A DNA stretch of 64,000 bases from Octopus vulgaris (Eukaryota), in contig OX597818.1 in NCBI GenBank assembly GCA_951406725.2, positions 98,456,001 through 98,520,000 on the forward strand. The letters are read 5' to 3'. The notes beneath the pieces are model-generated. The model saw nothing but the letters and a program-made list of their open reading frames with translations, was not told the origin of the DNA and did no database searches. This document shows, in pieces, positions 40,139 to 52,189 of the stretch. The translations under genes and the position numbers were made by a program. Each line of letters starts with the position of its first letter. Position 1 is the first letter of the stretch.

Positions 40139-41088
40139 ATTGGCTGAACGGTTGAACGGTGAGAAGATGAGGATGGGCTTATAATCGACTCTCTTTCATG
40201 CATACACATTCATACAAACGCATACAAGCCTTCATACCTAAGTCAGCAGAAAAAGCATGGAATGATAAAAGGGACAGAAGATGGGTAATGGAGCGAGTTT
40301 AAATAATATTGGGGTGTCCGGAAAGTTCGAGCCGATTTTTAAAGGAAAGAAAAGGGTCAATAAATACTTGCCATTACATTTTCAATTAACCAAATATGAA
40401 CCATTTTGTTGCACAACGCGTCTCCATCTTTCTTTTGACTTGAAAATACCCTTTTCCCAGAATTGAGGTGGTTTCATGGTATAGAATTCATCAAGGTATC
40501 TTTTTACGTCATCTAAGGAATTAAAATTTTTACCATCAAGACTATTCTGCAGAGACCTAAATAAGTAGAAATCCGAAGGAGCAATATCTGGTGAATATGG
40601 AGGGTGGGGTAACACATCCCAGCCGAGCTGCAACAATTTTTGTCTGGTTCCCAAAGCATCAAGTGCCGAAAATGAACTTTCTTATTTTCCATTTTAAAGG
40701 GTTACAGAATTAACACAGGTTATAGGAACATAAACCTTCTTCCACGAAAAAATAGCTTAAACTGTGCTCTAAATAGAGGTGCAGTCAAATCCTATTTATA
40801 GACTCAACCATGTTCTAAAATAAGTCGAAAGGTAAGCTACTATAAATCGGTACGAACTTTCCGGACAAGCCAACATTTTACCGATAGGAATTACTATTGG
40901 TAGTAATTCCTGTCCGTAAAATACTTAAAATCGAGTCGTTATTCATTTTCTGACCCCTTTATCATCCAATACCTTTCCTGCTGATTCAGGGATAAAGACC
41001 TTTACGTGTTGGTATGTATGCGAATGCATGTAAAATGGACAATTATAAGTCTATCTCCTTCTTGTCACCGTCCAACCGTGCAGCTAAT
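40139..41088. mobile_element. Old palindromic (fold-back) MITE, ~190-bp arms, interrupted by a mariner
   Basis: 40139-40308 plus 40876-40896 is a diverged reverse complement of 40901-41088; centre AGGAATTACTA-ttgg-TAGTAATTCCT. Confidence 0.75.
40309..40873 (-). mobile_element. Internally deleted mariner transposon
   Basis: ~30-bp TIRs TTGG(GG/CT)TGTCCGGAAAGTTCG..CCGATTT, TA at the left end; N-terminus MENKKVHFRHLMLWE fused to the C-terminal WDVLPHPPYSPDIAPSDFYLF motif. Confidence 0.92.
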
Positions 41089-41544
41089 TATATACTTTCC
41101 TCTACCTATCATCACAGCAAATAGTTCTCTTTTGACATCCATTTTCTCCCGTCTGTAGAAGCCGTTACATGTCGATGTAACTCCTGGGTAACAGGATAAT
41201 GAATTAGCCGAAATAAACAATTACAGGTCTAGGTATCGATGACATTTTCTCTTCCATTAATACCAAGTGGCCACACACACACTCTCTCTCTCTCTATCTC
41301 TCATACACGCACACACCTTCGTATCTTTTATCTTTTGCATGTTTCAGTCATTAGGTTGCGGTCATGCTGGAGCACCGCTTTGAAGAACGTTTTAGTCTAA
41401 AGAATCGACCCCCAGTACTTATTATTATTTTTTAACCTTGGTACTTATTGTATCGGTCTCTTTTGCTGAACCTTTAGATTACGGGGACGTAAATACACCA
41501 AACCAATTGTTATAGCGTTTCGGTAAAAGTGGCCGATAAATTAT

Positions 41545-41846
41545 GTTGTTTGTTCCTTCTCAAGCCATGTCTGGCTCATAAGGGCCGGTTTCCCGGTTTT
41601 CTTGGCGTATAGGTTCCCCAGCTGGACGGGACGCCGGTCCGTCGCAGGTGAGCTGCAAGATGCAGGAGGAAAGAGTGAGAGGAAGTTGTGGCGAAAGAGT
41701 CAGAAGTTCGCCATTACCTTCTGCCGGAGCCGCTTGGAGCTTAGGTGTTTCGCTCATAAACACACATATCGCCCGGTCTGAGATTCGAACCCGCGATCCC
41801 TTGACCGCGAGTCCGATGCTCTAACCACTAGGCCATGTGCCTCCAC
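41545..41846 (-). mobile_element. tRNA-derived SINE (probably octopus OR-type) nested in a family B SINE
   Basis: Minus-strand head GGAGGCACATGGCCTAGTGGTTAGAGCATCGGACTCGCGG..GGGTTCGAATCTC; (AAC)-type tail; approximate TSD cgata(aat/gaa)tatgt. Confidence 0.85.
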
Positions 41847-41999
41847 GATAGAATATGTACTAGGTTTCAAAAATGTCTACTGCATATTCAACTAGAATAC
41901 TTCAAGGCGGCGCCCCAGGATGGCTGCAGTCTAATGACAACACAAATGAACGGTAAAAAGCAAAAGACACCCACACCCACACCTACATCCACACGCACG

Positions 42000-42052
<53 letters not shown>

Positions 42053-42877
42053 ACACACAAACACACACACACACAAATATACAGCGAGAGAGAGAGAGAG
42101 AGGGGGAAAGAGAGAATGTGAGAGAAAGAAAAGGAAAGCTAGATGAATGGACGGGCAGATCAATAAATAGATAGATTTAAGCGTTTATATAAATATGTGC
42201 GTTTGGTTATTTATAGTGAAAAATGCGTAAATTTGTAAAGAGCTTTTAGTCAATAAGAGCTGCAATCAATGGAAGCTGTTTCCAGTAACATGACTACCTG
42301 TTTATGAATATTAATATATGATCTTATCTAATGAGGCGGCGAGCTGGCAGAAAGGTTAGCACGCCGGGCGAAATGCTTAGCAGTATTTCGTCTGTCACTA
42401 TGTTCTGAGTTCAACTTTGCCTTTCATCCTTTCGGGGTCGATTAAATAAGTACCAGTTAAGCACTGGGGTTGATATAATCGACTTAATTTGTTCGTCTGT
42501 CCTAGTTTGCCCCCTGTGTTTGTCCCCTTGTGGGCAGTAAAGAAATAAGAATCGTTAGTACGCAGGGCAAAAAACCTTAGTGCCAGCTCATCCGTCTTTA
42601 CGTCCTAAATCCGAATTCTGCCACGATCAACCTTATCTTTCAAGGTCGATAATAAAGTAATTACCAGCTGAGCACTGGAGTCAATGTTATCGACTTAGCC
42701 CCTCTCCGAAATTGCAGGCCCTGAGCCAAAATTTGAAACCAATGTATAATCAGATTAAGTAAATAGATAAAGTGAAATTCACACCATTAGTATTTTTGCC
42801 AAGTTATAAAGTGTTGTGTTAGACACAGTATTATGCTATCCTGTAAAATACACATTTGTCCCCCACTCTCTCTCTGT

Positions 42878-42957
<80 letters not shown>

Positions 42958-43210
42958 TATATATTTCATTTGTCTTGCTCGCTTACGTTCTGACGTTAGC
43001 TAAATTTTCCTGGGAACATTCCTTTCTTAGTGGTAAGACCGTAGTGGATCTTTTTCTAGCATAATGGATGTCCACTTACAGGTCATTCCCCTTATATGTA
43101 TGTAATATAATTTTTTCTGAAACTTCAGATTTTTCAATATGCTAATTGATATTAATCAAATTAATATTCAAATTTTCACCCTTATTATTTTAAATTATAT
43201 ATATATAAGC

Positions 43211-43260
<50 letters not shown>

Positions 43261-43346
43261 CAAATGTGCAGAAAACAAAAGACAAAGGCAGGTGAGGGAA
43301 CAACAAGCAGGTGTATTAGTTTGACGCTCGGGAAGAATGGAATAGT

Positions 43347-43382
43347 CTTTAACGTTTCGAACCTACGCTCTTCGACAGAAAG
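43347..43382 (-). ncRNA. Hammerhead-like motif, family E copy
   Basis: Minus strand: CUUU CUGUCGA A GAGC-guag-GUUC GAAA CG UU AAAG. Confidence 0.5.
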
Positions 43383-43449
43383 TGATGAGAGGAAAAAACG
43401 GAAGGAGAAAGAAAAAGCAGAGAGAAAAAATGTATTGGTATTAACAGTT

Positions 43450-45230
43450 TAATATGATGAAATGACCGAAAAGAATCTGCTTCTATACGGTACAAGATAG
43501 GGACACTGCTCGAAGAAAATCACTCATTGACTGTAGACCTCCAGATTATAAGTGAAATACTGACTGTGCAATTCAGAAGCGTTCTCACAACCACAGCTCC
43601 GTTGGTCCAGTTGCAATTAAGTATGCCTGGTGAGTTCTTCGTCACCATAGCTCTTCACAAAGAGATGGTAATAACTGATTATTTCAAAACAGATGAAACT
43701 AATGTAATATCAGCCATTGATAAAATGAGCTTAAACTCAGTCACAGTACCTGATGAATTCTCAGCAGCTCTCCTAAAACAATGCAAAGGGCTCGAGCAGG
43801 ACTACTGTAGATTTTCTTCCCTGCTGATGGGAGACTTCCTAGAAAGTTAAAGAAATGTATATGTCGTATCCACAACGGAGGTAGCAGAGCGGATGCAAAA
43901 AAAATTATAGGTCTGTCTCTCTAACCTCACATGTCAGCAAAGTCATGGAAGACGTTGTCAAGAGGAAGCTGATCACCCTCCTAGAAGATAAGGACTTTCT
44001 CCCTGACACCCAGCATCGCTTCTTCCTCGGAAGAAGCTATCTTATACAGTTTTGCAGCATGGGTGTTGAAACAACTAATGAATCGCTCAAACTTCGATGT
44101 TATATATCTTGATTTTGCGAAGGCCTTTGATAAGGTTGATCATAGGATGAAATGTCAACTGCTACGGAGACTCGGTATTATCGGAAGACTGGAGGAGTGG
44201 TTACGTGACTTCTTAAAAGACAGGAGCTAGGCTGTGACAGCCAATGGGATCCTTTCCAAGGAGACAGTATTAGCGAGTAGAATGCCTTAGGGAATTGTCA
44301 TGGGGCCGCTGCTGTTTATGGTGGCTTTTTCGGATGTCCCATCAGTTACACAGACAGCCACACTTACTAGCTATGCCGACGCGACAAAATTAGTACAAGC
44401 AGTCAAGAAACCTTCAAATCTTCTATATAAACCTTCCAACCTTCTACAGAAAGGCTAGATTCCATATATAAATGGGCCAAAGAAAATAACATACAATTTA
44501 ATTTAGGAAATTTCCAAGACCCCCATTATCATCCAGCTTGTCCAAAAATGCTGCAATAAAAATACTTTGCGCCAAAAGAAGCGACAATCCCAGAATCAAG
44601 TACAGTGCGTGATATGAAGATTGATATGAGCAATAACGTCTCGTTTCCTGTACATATCAAGATGGTGGCAATGTGCAGGCGAATAACCGGATGGAATCTG
44701 AGAACTTTCGGAACAAGGGGCCAGGAAACTAGGCTGTTTCTATGGAGGATATGTCTTCATCGTCTGGACTAATGCTTTCAACTGTGTTCATCCCTAGTGA
44801 GAAATTAATAACCGAATTTGCGACAGTTCAGCGGTGCTGTACCAGAAAGATTGCACCGACGGAACACCTGAGCTACTGGGTGAGATATACGTATAGAAAG
44901 ATCATGGAAGGATTAACGCCAAAAATTTGGCATCGAGAGTTTTACCTGCCCTCGAACTGAACACCATTGCACTGCTAAAATGGTCCCAGCCATCTCGTCT
45001 AGAATGAGAACTATGTACTGCAGCTTGGGATTCAAGGGTCCACGGTTATTTAATATCTTGCCGACCTTCTGTTGTTCGAGGTCTCAGAGGAACCAACATA
45101 AAAGTGGGCAGCATATATCGAACACCCTCTTTCATCAAAAGTCAATCACAAAAGAATGGCCATTGAAAAGGTGATGATAACATTGGCAGAGGCCCAGCAT
45201 GGCAACAGCCTTTGGGTTGAAACGCATAAA
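43450..45230 (+). mobile_element. Decayed CR1/L2-group LINE reverse transcriptase fragment
   Basis: Motifs IYLDFAKAFDKVDH (~44102), MP*GIVMGPLLF (~44282), YADATK (~44372) and GPRLFNILP; many stops and frameshifts. Confidence 0.88.
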
Positions 45231-45254
45231 AAAGGATATACATACATACATTCA

Positions 45255-45290
<36 letters not shown>

Positions 45291-45406
45291 TACACACACA
45301 CATACACATACACACTCACAGAAGCACGCACGCACGCACTTACACACACATTCATACACACATGCACACACACAAACATAAAGGCACACACACAAAAACA
45401 CACACA

Positions 45407-45494
<88 letters not shown>

Positions 45495-45613
45495 CATACA
45501 CGTACATTCACTGCCTGTTTGAAAAGTGTTATTCTCTTTTGGACTTGGTAAAGAATTTTTGTGTGAAAATTCTCATGCATAGACAGGCATATTTAGATAT
45601 AACTAGACACACA

Positions 45614-45653
<40 letters not shown>

Positions 45654-45918
45654 CATAAGAGCTTTCTCAAAACGCGACAAAGCTCTTTTTGCTTACATAT
45701 ACATTTACATACGTTGGTGTTTGTCATCCAGTTAGTCAAAACATTTTCTATTATCAGAGGGATTCGCTTGTTTTCTTTTTCTAGCCATTAAAATATTTCA
45801 CTCCGATTTATAGCAATAACTATGAAGACGACTGCAAGAATATATCAAGCATGAGAGTAAACAGCTTTACTTATGACTTGATATACTTAGGTCTCGAATA
45901 ATTGAAATAATGATGAGA

Positions 45919-45951
<33 letters not shown>

Positions 45952-46004
45952 TTAATATTAATATTAATGATAATAATAATGATGATGATGATAATAATAA
46001 TAAT

Positions 46005-47215
46005 TCTTTCTTTGTTAGCAACAAGGGCCGACAAAAATAAGATTGGACATCACAAAGCATGAAGGACAAATTGGGGTTACATAAAGTGTCGTGTAAAAAT
46101 CAATAACAATGAAAAATATAACAAAGAAAAGGCCTAAAGGAGGCAAACAACACGAAAAATCCACAAGCACCACGACCACTAGGGCAACAGTCCTCTCCCC
46201 ATCTTTCTTTCACTCTCTCTCAGCCTTGGAAACTTAAAAGCGCATGCTCAAAGTAAGCCCGTTGACACGGACCATCTTCGCTACATTCACCTACCTTTTA
46301 ACAAAATTGCTGGAAGTCAGCACTTCTCTCTTAACCCTCACTTTCCTTTTCAGACAGTACCCGAAAAAGTTGATAAGGGGTTGGCCAAAGAGAAAAGTAT
46401 TTGTCTTCATCCCTTTCAATCTAGACCATTACACAACTTCTACCGCTACAGCCACGAGAAAATTGCCTTCCCTTGCCGGCCAAAGGAAGGCGGCGGGTCA
46501 GTCTTCATGATGGAATCAGCCGACAAGCAGACACGTCCTACACATGACAGCAAATGTTCGACAAACTCATATATCAGATATACTCGGGTACTGGACGAGT
46601 GTATGCAGAACGGTTTCGTCGCTCTGCGCACATCTCGGACAGGTATGACTGATAGCACTTCCGTGCTTGTAGAGTTTATCTCGAACAGGCAAAGCTCCCC
46701 TGTAGCACAGCCAGGCGAAGGATTTCTGGAAGTTATCCATAGATCCCGGCCCGAAAGTCCTCCGGAACTGACTGGCGAGCTGAAATTCATCGATGCCTAG
46801 AGTCTCCTAAAGAACGTCGTTGTTTCCCTCCACTACAAATCCTCTATATAACGCCATAGTAGAACTTCCACTAACCGCATTGCCCGACTGGCTGAGGAAC
46901 GTGAGCGCCTGGTGACACTCAAGGTACCAGACGCCCAGCCTCGGTCTACGCTTGATCCAAGATTGCAGCCCACTGAAAGAGACAAGCTACGGGAAAGTGA
47001 GTCTGACTACACCTGCTCACCGTCGTTGAGGAAACGCTGGATGTGCCGCAGCCTCAGCGCATGTCTGCGCATCAATAGCCGCGGCATACCCAGCCCACCG
47101 TTCATAGGGTGTAGACAGCAAATGGAGTGCCTGACCAGTGGAGTCCGTCCCTTCCATATGAGGCGAAAAGCAAATAATCCAGCTTGATCAGGTAGGAACT
47201 GGGGCAAGGCACGAT
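46005..47215 (-). mobile_element. L1/Tx1-clade LINE ORF2 3' fragment with 3' UTR and (ATT)n tail
   Basis: FRLIWKGRTPLVRHSICCLHPMNGGLGMP and C-terminal CPRCAQSDETVLH zinc-finger-like motif; internal deletions. Confidence 0.85.
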
Positions 47216-47363
47216 GGTGAGGTGGTAGTAAATGACTGAGGCGACATATGTGTTCGCTAACCCTACCCGACCTTTCAAAGATAGCTTCCTTTCGGCTCAG
47301 TCAAATGACTGAAACAAGTAAAAGAGTAAAGAGTAAAAGAGTACTACTTTCGTCAGAGCTATT

Positions 47364-47438
47364 TCTGGTTCTAACCATACACGACGATCTGGTTCTAACC
47401 ATACACAATGATCTGGTTCTAACCTTACACGATGATCT
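47364..47438. repeat. 24-bp minisatellite, 3 copies (TCTGGTTCTAACCATACACGACGA)
   Basis: Direct reading; contiguous units with no spacers. Confidence 0.9.
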
Positions 47439-47580
47439 TAACCTGCAAGGCTTTGCTCGGCCGGGTATTAAAGTAAATGATACTTGTATGATGTGCCAAG
47501 CAGTAGGACTGAACCCGAAACCATGTGGTTGGGTAGCAAATTTCTTACAGTCATACCCGCACTTATATACATATAAGTGA

Positions 47581-48699
47581 CTAGCAGCATAGCCCGGCGT
47601 TGCCCGGGTATGTAAGAGCCCCTAGTAGGCAACGACTAATCCCAATCTAGTCCTTTCCTTCTAGGGAACGAAGGCGCATGTGTAGGCTGCAATGTCTTCT
47701 CTTCACTCCCAAATAACTATCAAACAGCTCTCGATAATTCAACCCAACCAATTCCTACCAGGAAGAAATTACATTCGAGACTTTACCACTTCTGCTAATA
47801 GCTGCTGCAGCCGCAAGTTATTCGAATACTTTTTTTGTTTACACTTTCTTTATAACTGCCACCCCAAACGTTTTACCTTAAATTTTTGACGTACCCTAAG
47901 GGTCCTCGGACGCTACTTGCAAACTCTTGGTTTATTATAAACAGCTTTTGTCGTGTGCACCAAAAAAACCTTTTCCATTCGTTTGTTCAGTTTGGTCACT
48001 TTTGACTTTTTCGTTGTTGTCACTCACATTGCTGCCCGATTTTTTGCCGTTTTTGTACATTTTTATACATTTTGGGATACTTACCCCACGTGTTCCGAGA
48101 GTTAAAAAAGGTCAGTCTGTGGTTTGTGTTTAATACACAAATTGGTTTGCTATGTGTGCCACATATGATTTAATTAACCGATTTTTTCCAGTAATAAAGT
48201 ATCCTATTGGAATAAAAAGGGCCATATAGCTCCTTGGAGCAGACATAATGCTCGCTGTGAATTTAAAAATAAATTCCTGCCAATTTGTGAAAGATATTGT
48301 CGAAAATGTCATCTTGAATTTGAACGCGATTTCCCAAAATGGCATGATTTTATCGATTTTTTCTGATGGTAAGGTAGTGCATGGAAAACTAACGTCAGAA
48401 TTAAGTTTCTTAGGGTAACATTAAGCTTCACCATGAGTTTGGTGAAAATCGATTGCAAGTTGCGAAAACTACAATAGAAAATGTGTTGCATATAAAAAGC
48501 TTAGATTCTCGACCCCATGTCGAATTTATCAATTTTTTTCAGAACTAGGGGAACTTTTCTGCGTTAGTTTTGAATTATGACATTGGGCTATGTGTATGTC
48601 GAGTTTTATCAGAATCGGTTGAAAGCCGTGGTCAGGGTGAGGGTACAACCTGACAGACACACAGACACACAGACAGACAAACTGCCGTTTATATATAGA
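47581..48699 (-). mobile_element. Non-autonomous Helitron, long variant
   Basis: Minus strand begins A|TCTATATATAAACGGCAG and ends CCCGGGCAACGCCGGG..CTAG|T; ~0.85 kb internal sequence absent from the 17520 copy. Confidence 0.82.
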
Positions 48700-48710
48700 T
48701 ATAACAGGTA

Positions 48711-49103
48711 GGCGGTGAGCTGGCAGAAATGTTAGCACGCCGGGCGAAATGCGTAGCCGTATTTCGTCTGCCGTTAAGTTCTGAGTTCAATTCCGCCGAG
48801 GTCGACTTTGCCTTTCATCCTGTCGGGATCGATTAAATAAGTACCAGTTACACACTGGGGTCGATGTAATCGACTTAATCCGTTTGTTTGTCCTTGTTTG
48901 TCCTCTCTGTGTTTAGCTCCTTGTGGGTAGTAAAGAAATAGGTATTTCGTCTGCCGCTACGTTCTGAGTTCAAATTCCACCCAGGTCGACTTTGCCTTTC
49001 ATTCTTTCGGGGTCGATAAGTTAAGTACCAGTTGATTACTGGGGTCAATGTAATCGACTATTCCCCCCAAAAAAATTTCAGGCCTTGTGCCTATAGTAGA
49101 AAT
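48711..49103 (+). mobile_element. SINE family A dimer
   Basis: Same architecture as 3565-3973. Confidence 0.9.
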
Positions 49104-49664
49104 TACTCAAGTATAAACTACTCCAGAACTGTATTTTCTGACAATGATATTCTGGTTCTTATTACAACTTTAACTTCAAATCCTTTCTGTCTTAATTCCG
49201 TCTCTCACCCTATTGCTACTCCAGTCAAGTGTGGCAGATAAAAACCCTATCCTTCAACTCACCTTCAATTTACTTCTCCGATTACTCACTCGTTAGTCAT
49301 TTGTCCTTTGACAGCCCCTGCTTCTACTTTACCTTATGATCGTGACAGCAAATTAATACTTACAGCTAATTATTATATATGAATGCCGAGCAGTGCCTTC
49401 ACATGGCCTATTACATGTAATTACACGTATCAATGACTGTTATCGCTATCTTTAGGTATGTGAGGTGTTAATTCTAATCGAACATGACCAAAGTCTTTCG
49501 CGCCACAACCATCTATCTTTCCAAGAATACAAAGAACTACATTGTTTTACGTGATCTTCATTTCCTCAAGGCGGAATGGTGAAACTTGAGCGAGATTTGG
49601 CTGCTATTTCTAACAGATCAAATGACCACATTGAAGTTTCTTTTTGGTCCATGTTATGAGTATT

Positions 49665-50438
49665 ATTACTCTTTTACTTGTTTCAGTGATTTGACTGTGG
49701 CCATGCTAGAGCACCGCTTTTAGTCGAGCAAATCGACCCCAAGACTTACTCTTTGGAAGCCTAGTACTTATTCTATCGGTCTCTTTTGCCGAACCGGGAC
49801 GTAAACACACCAGCATCGGTTGCCAAGCGATGTTGGGGGACAAACACAGACACACATACATATACATATATATACATATATGCGACGGGATTTTTCAGTT
49901 TCCGTCTACCAAATCCACTCACAAGGCTTTGGTCGGCCCGAGGCTATAGTAGAAGACACTTGCCCAAGGTGCCACGCAGTGGGACTGAACCAGGAACCAT
50001 GTGGTTGGTAAGCAAGCTACTTACCACACAGCCACTCCTATACCTGTTCTTAATCTTATTCTTAATCTTTTATCTTTTATTTGTTTCAGTCATTAGACTG
50101 CGGTCATACTGGAGCACTTCGAAGAAATTTTAGTCGAATGAATCGACTTCAGTGCTTAGTTTTTGTTAAGCCTGGTAATTATTCCATCGGTCACTTTTTG
50201 TCGAACCGCTAAGATACGGAGACGCAAACACACCAACACCGGTTGTCAAGCGGTGGTGAGGAAACACACACACACACGACGAGATTCTTTGAGTTTTCGT
50301 CAACCAAATCCACTCACAAGGCTTTGGTCGGCCCGAGGCCATAATAGAAAGACACTTGCCCAAGATGCCACGCAGTGAGACTGAATCCGGAACCACGTGA
50401 TTCCAAGCTTCTTACTACGCAGTCACGCATGCGCCTAT
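49665..50438 (-). mobile_element. Two adjacent family B SINEs
   Basis: 49665-50045 and ~50070-50438 are reverse-complement matches to 7935-8345. Confidence 0.88.
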
Positions 50439-50558
50439 GTAGAGTGTATTTTCGTGTTGTCGTCAGTATTTCTTCAGAATAAATTTAGTATCTAGATCTA
50501 TAAAGGAACGCTTGCTAGCTTTTGCAATGTAGTTTTGGTTATATGACTTTATGAAAGA

Positions 50559-51000
50559 CTAGCAGTATAGCCCGGCGTTGCTTGGGTTTGTTTTGTAGTT
50601 GCGCCTAAAACGGCAGATTTTGATATCACGTTAACAAAGTTTTGACATAGTTTCAATCGTTTTTGAAAAGTAAAAATTTTGCATTATGTAGCTTGTTATT
50701 CTCTCTAAGTGAACATTTTTCTGGTTGAAATACACCGAAAAATGGCGACACAGCATTCCAAAATTCGTAAAAAATAGGGATTTTCATAGGAAAAAGCATC
50801 TTTTTGATGTAAATAATTTTTGGTGTTAACATGGTCTAATTTGAATTTTATCTTCTACGGAATAAAGAGCAACCCTTCTATCATGCTCTCAATTTTGGTC
50901 AACTTGCGCCGCAGGGTCTTGGAGGAGATAGTGTGAGTTGAAGGCTTACCAAACCTGCCACACACACACACACAGAAAACCTCAGCTTTATATGTAGAGA
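50559..51000 (-). mobile_element. Non-autonomous Helitron, second 5' type
   Basis: Minus-strand 5' TC...AAAGCTGAGG, 3' hairpin + CTAG|T; homologous to 63154-63540. Confidence 0.78.
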
Positions 51001-51741
51001 TCAGCAAGAATTTATTTGCGTAAGAGCTTGAAGATTTTTAGCTTATTACTATTCATAAACAACAGTTATGTTGAGGTTGATGTTGTAGGCGTGTTTCTTA
51101 GTTACTACTGAATGAATGCCTTTGAAAAACCCCAAAATATAATGCATGTCCGGCGGGAAGGGAATGATTAAGTTACACGTTTGTGTGTGCGCGTGTGTGT
51201 ATGTATGACGCCAGCGAGTGAAAGGTTACGCAGTGTGAGGGGTGGCATTATTTGCATGAGATTGTGTGTATACAGAATACATGTACATGTGTGAGTGTGC
51301 GAGTGCTTGTGTGCGTGTATGCGTGTGTGTGTACATGTGCATTTGTATGTATGTGTGCATGTGTGTGTGTGTGTGTGAATATTTGTGCGGCTGTATATTT
51401 CGTGTTGCATTAAAAAAAAACAATAAAAAATTCGTATCAACAATCTCCTTATCAGCTGTCCCTCCTCCGTGGTGTATATTCCAGAGCTAAATTTAAATAG
51501 TCATTTGCACTTAAATATATAAGTCACGACTTTATTTATTTCTTTATCTGCTTATTTTTGTTCGACGACCGACAATGAGTGTGGTGTAGCCTAGTAGTTA
51601 GGGTGTAAAGCTCATGAGAATAGAGTCCGTGGGTTCGATTTCTGAGCCGGGCGGCACGTTGTTTCCTTGAGTAAGGCACACAATTTCACACTGCTCCAGG
51701 CTAGTCAGCTGAAGACGAGAGTACCAACCTAGTGTTTTACC

Positions 51742-52158
51742 TATTTCTTTACTACCCACAAGGGGCTAAACACAGAATAGACAAACAAGGACACACTAAC
51801 GGATTAAGTCGATTATATCGACCCCCGTGCGTAACTGGTACTTAATTTATCGACCCCGAAAGGATGAAAGGCAAAGTCGACCTGGGTGGAATTTGAACTC
51901 AGAACGTAGCGGCAGACGAAATACCTATTTCTTTACTACCCACAAGGAGCTAAACACAGAGAGGACAAACAAGGACAGACAAACGGATTAAGTCGATTAT
52001 ATCGATCCCAGTGCGTAACTGGTACCTATTTAATCGACCCCGAAAGGATGAAAGGTAAAGTCGACCTCGGCGGAATTTGAACTCCGAACGTAGCGGCAGA
52101 CGAAATACCGCTAAGTATTTCGCCTGGCGTGCTAATGATTCTGCCAGCTCGCCGCCTT
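51742..52158 (-). mobile_element. SINE family A dimer with perfect 15-bp TSD
   Basis: acctagtgttttacc at 51727-51741 and 52159-52173. Confidence 0.92.
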
Positions 52159-52189
52159 ACCTAGTGTTTTACCGCTCTCTCTTTTCGTT

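Noticed and set aside
41770-41846. tRNA-like sequence with A and B boxes (also 38553 and 60759)
   Set aside because: Continues into SINE body and tail with TSDs and lacks a proper acceptor stem; these are SINE heads, not tRNA genes.
47364-47438. Three 24-bp direct repeats as a possible CRISPR array
   Set aside because: No unique spacers, eukaryotic context and no cas genes; an ordinary minisatellite.
49786-50396. Recurrent ORFs such as [37 protein letters not shown]
   Set aside because: Translations of family B SINE copies, not a gene family.
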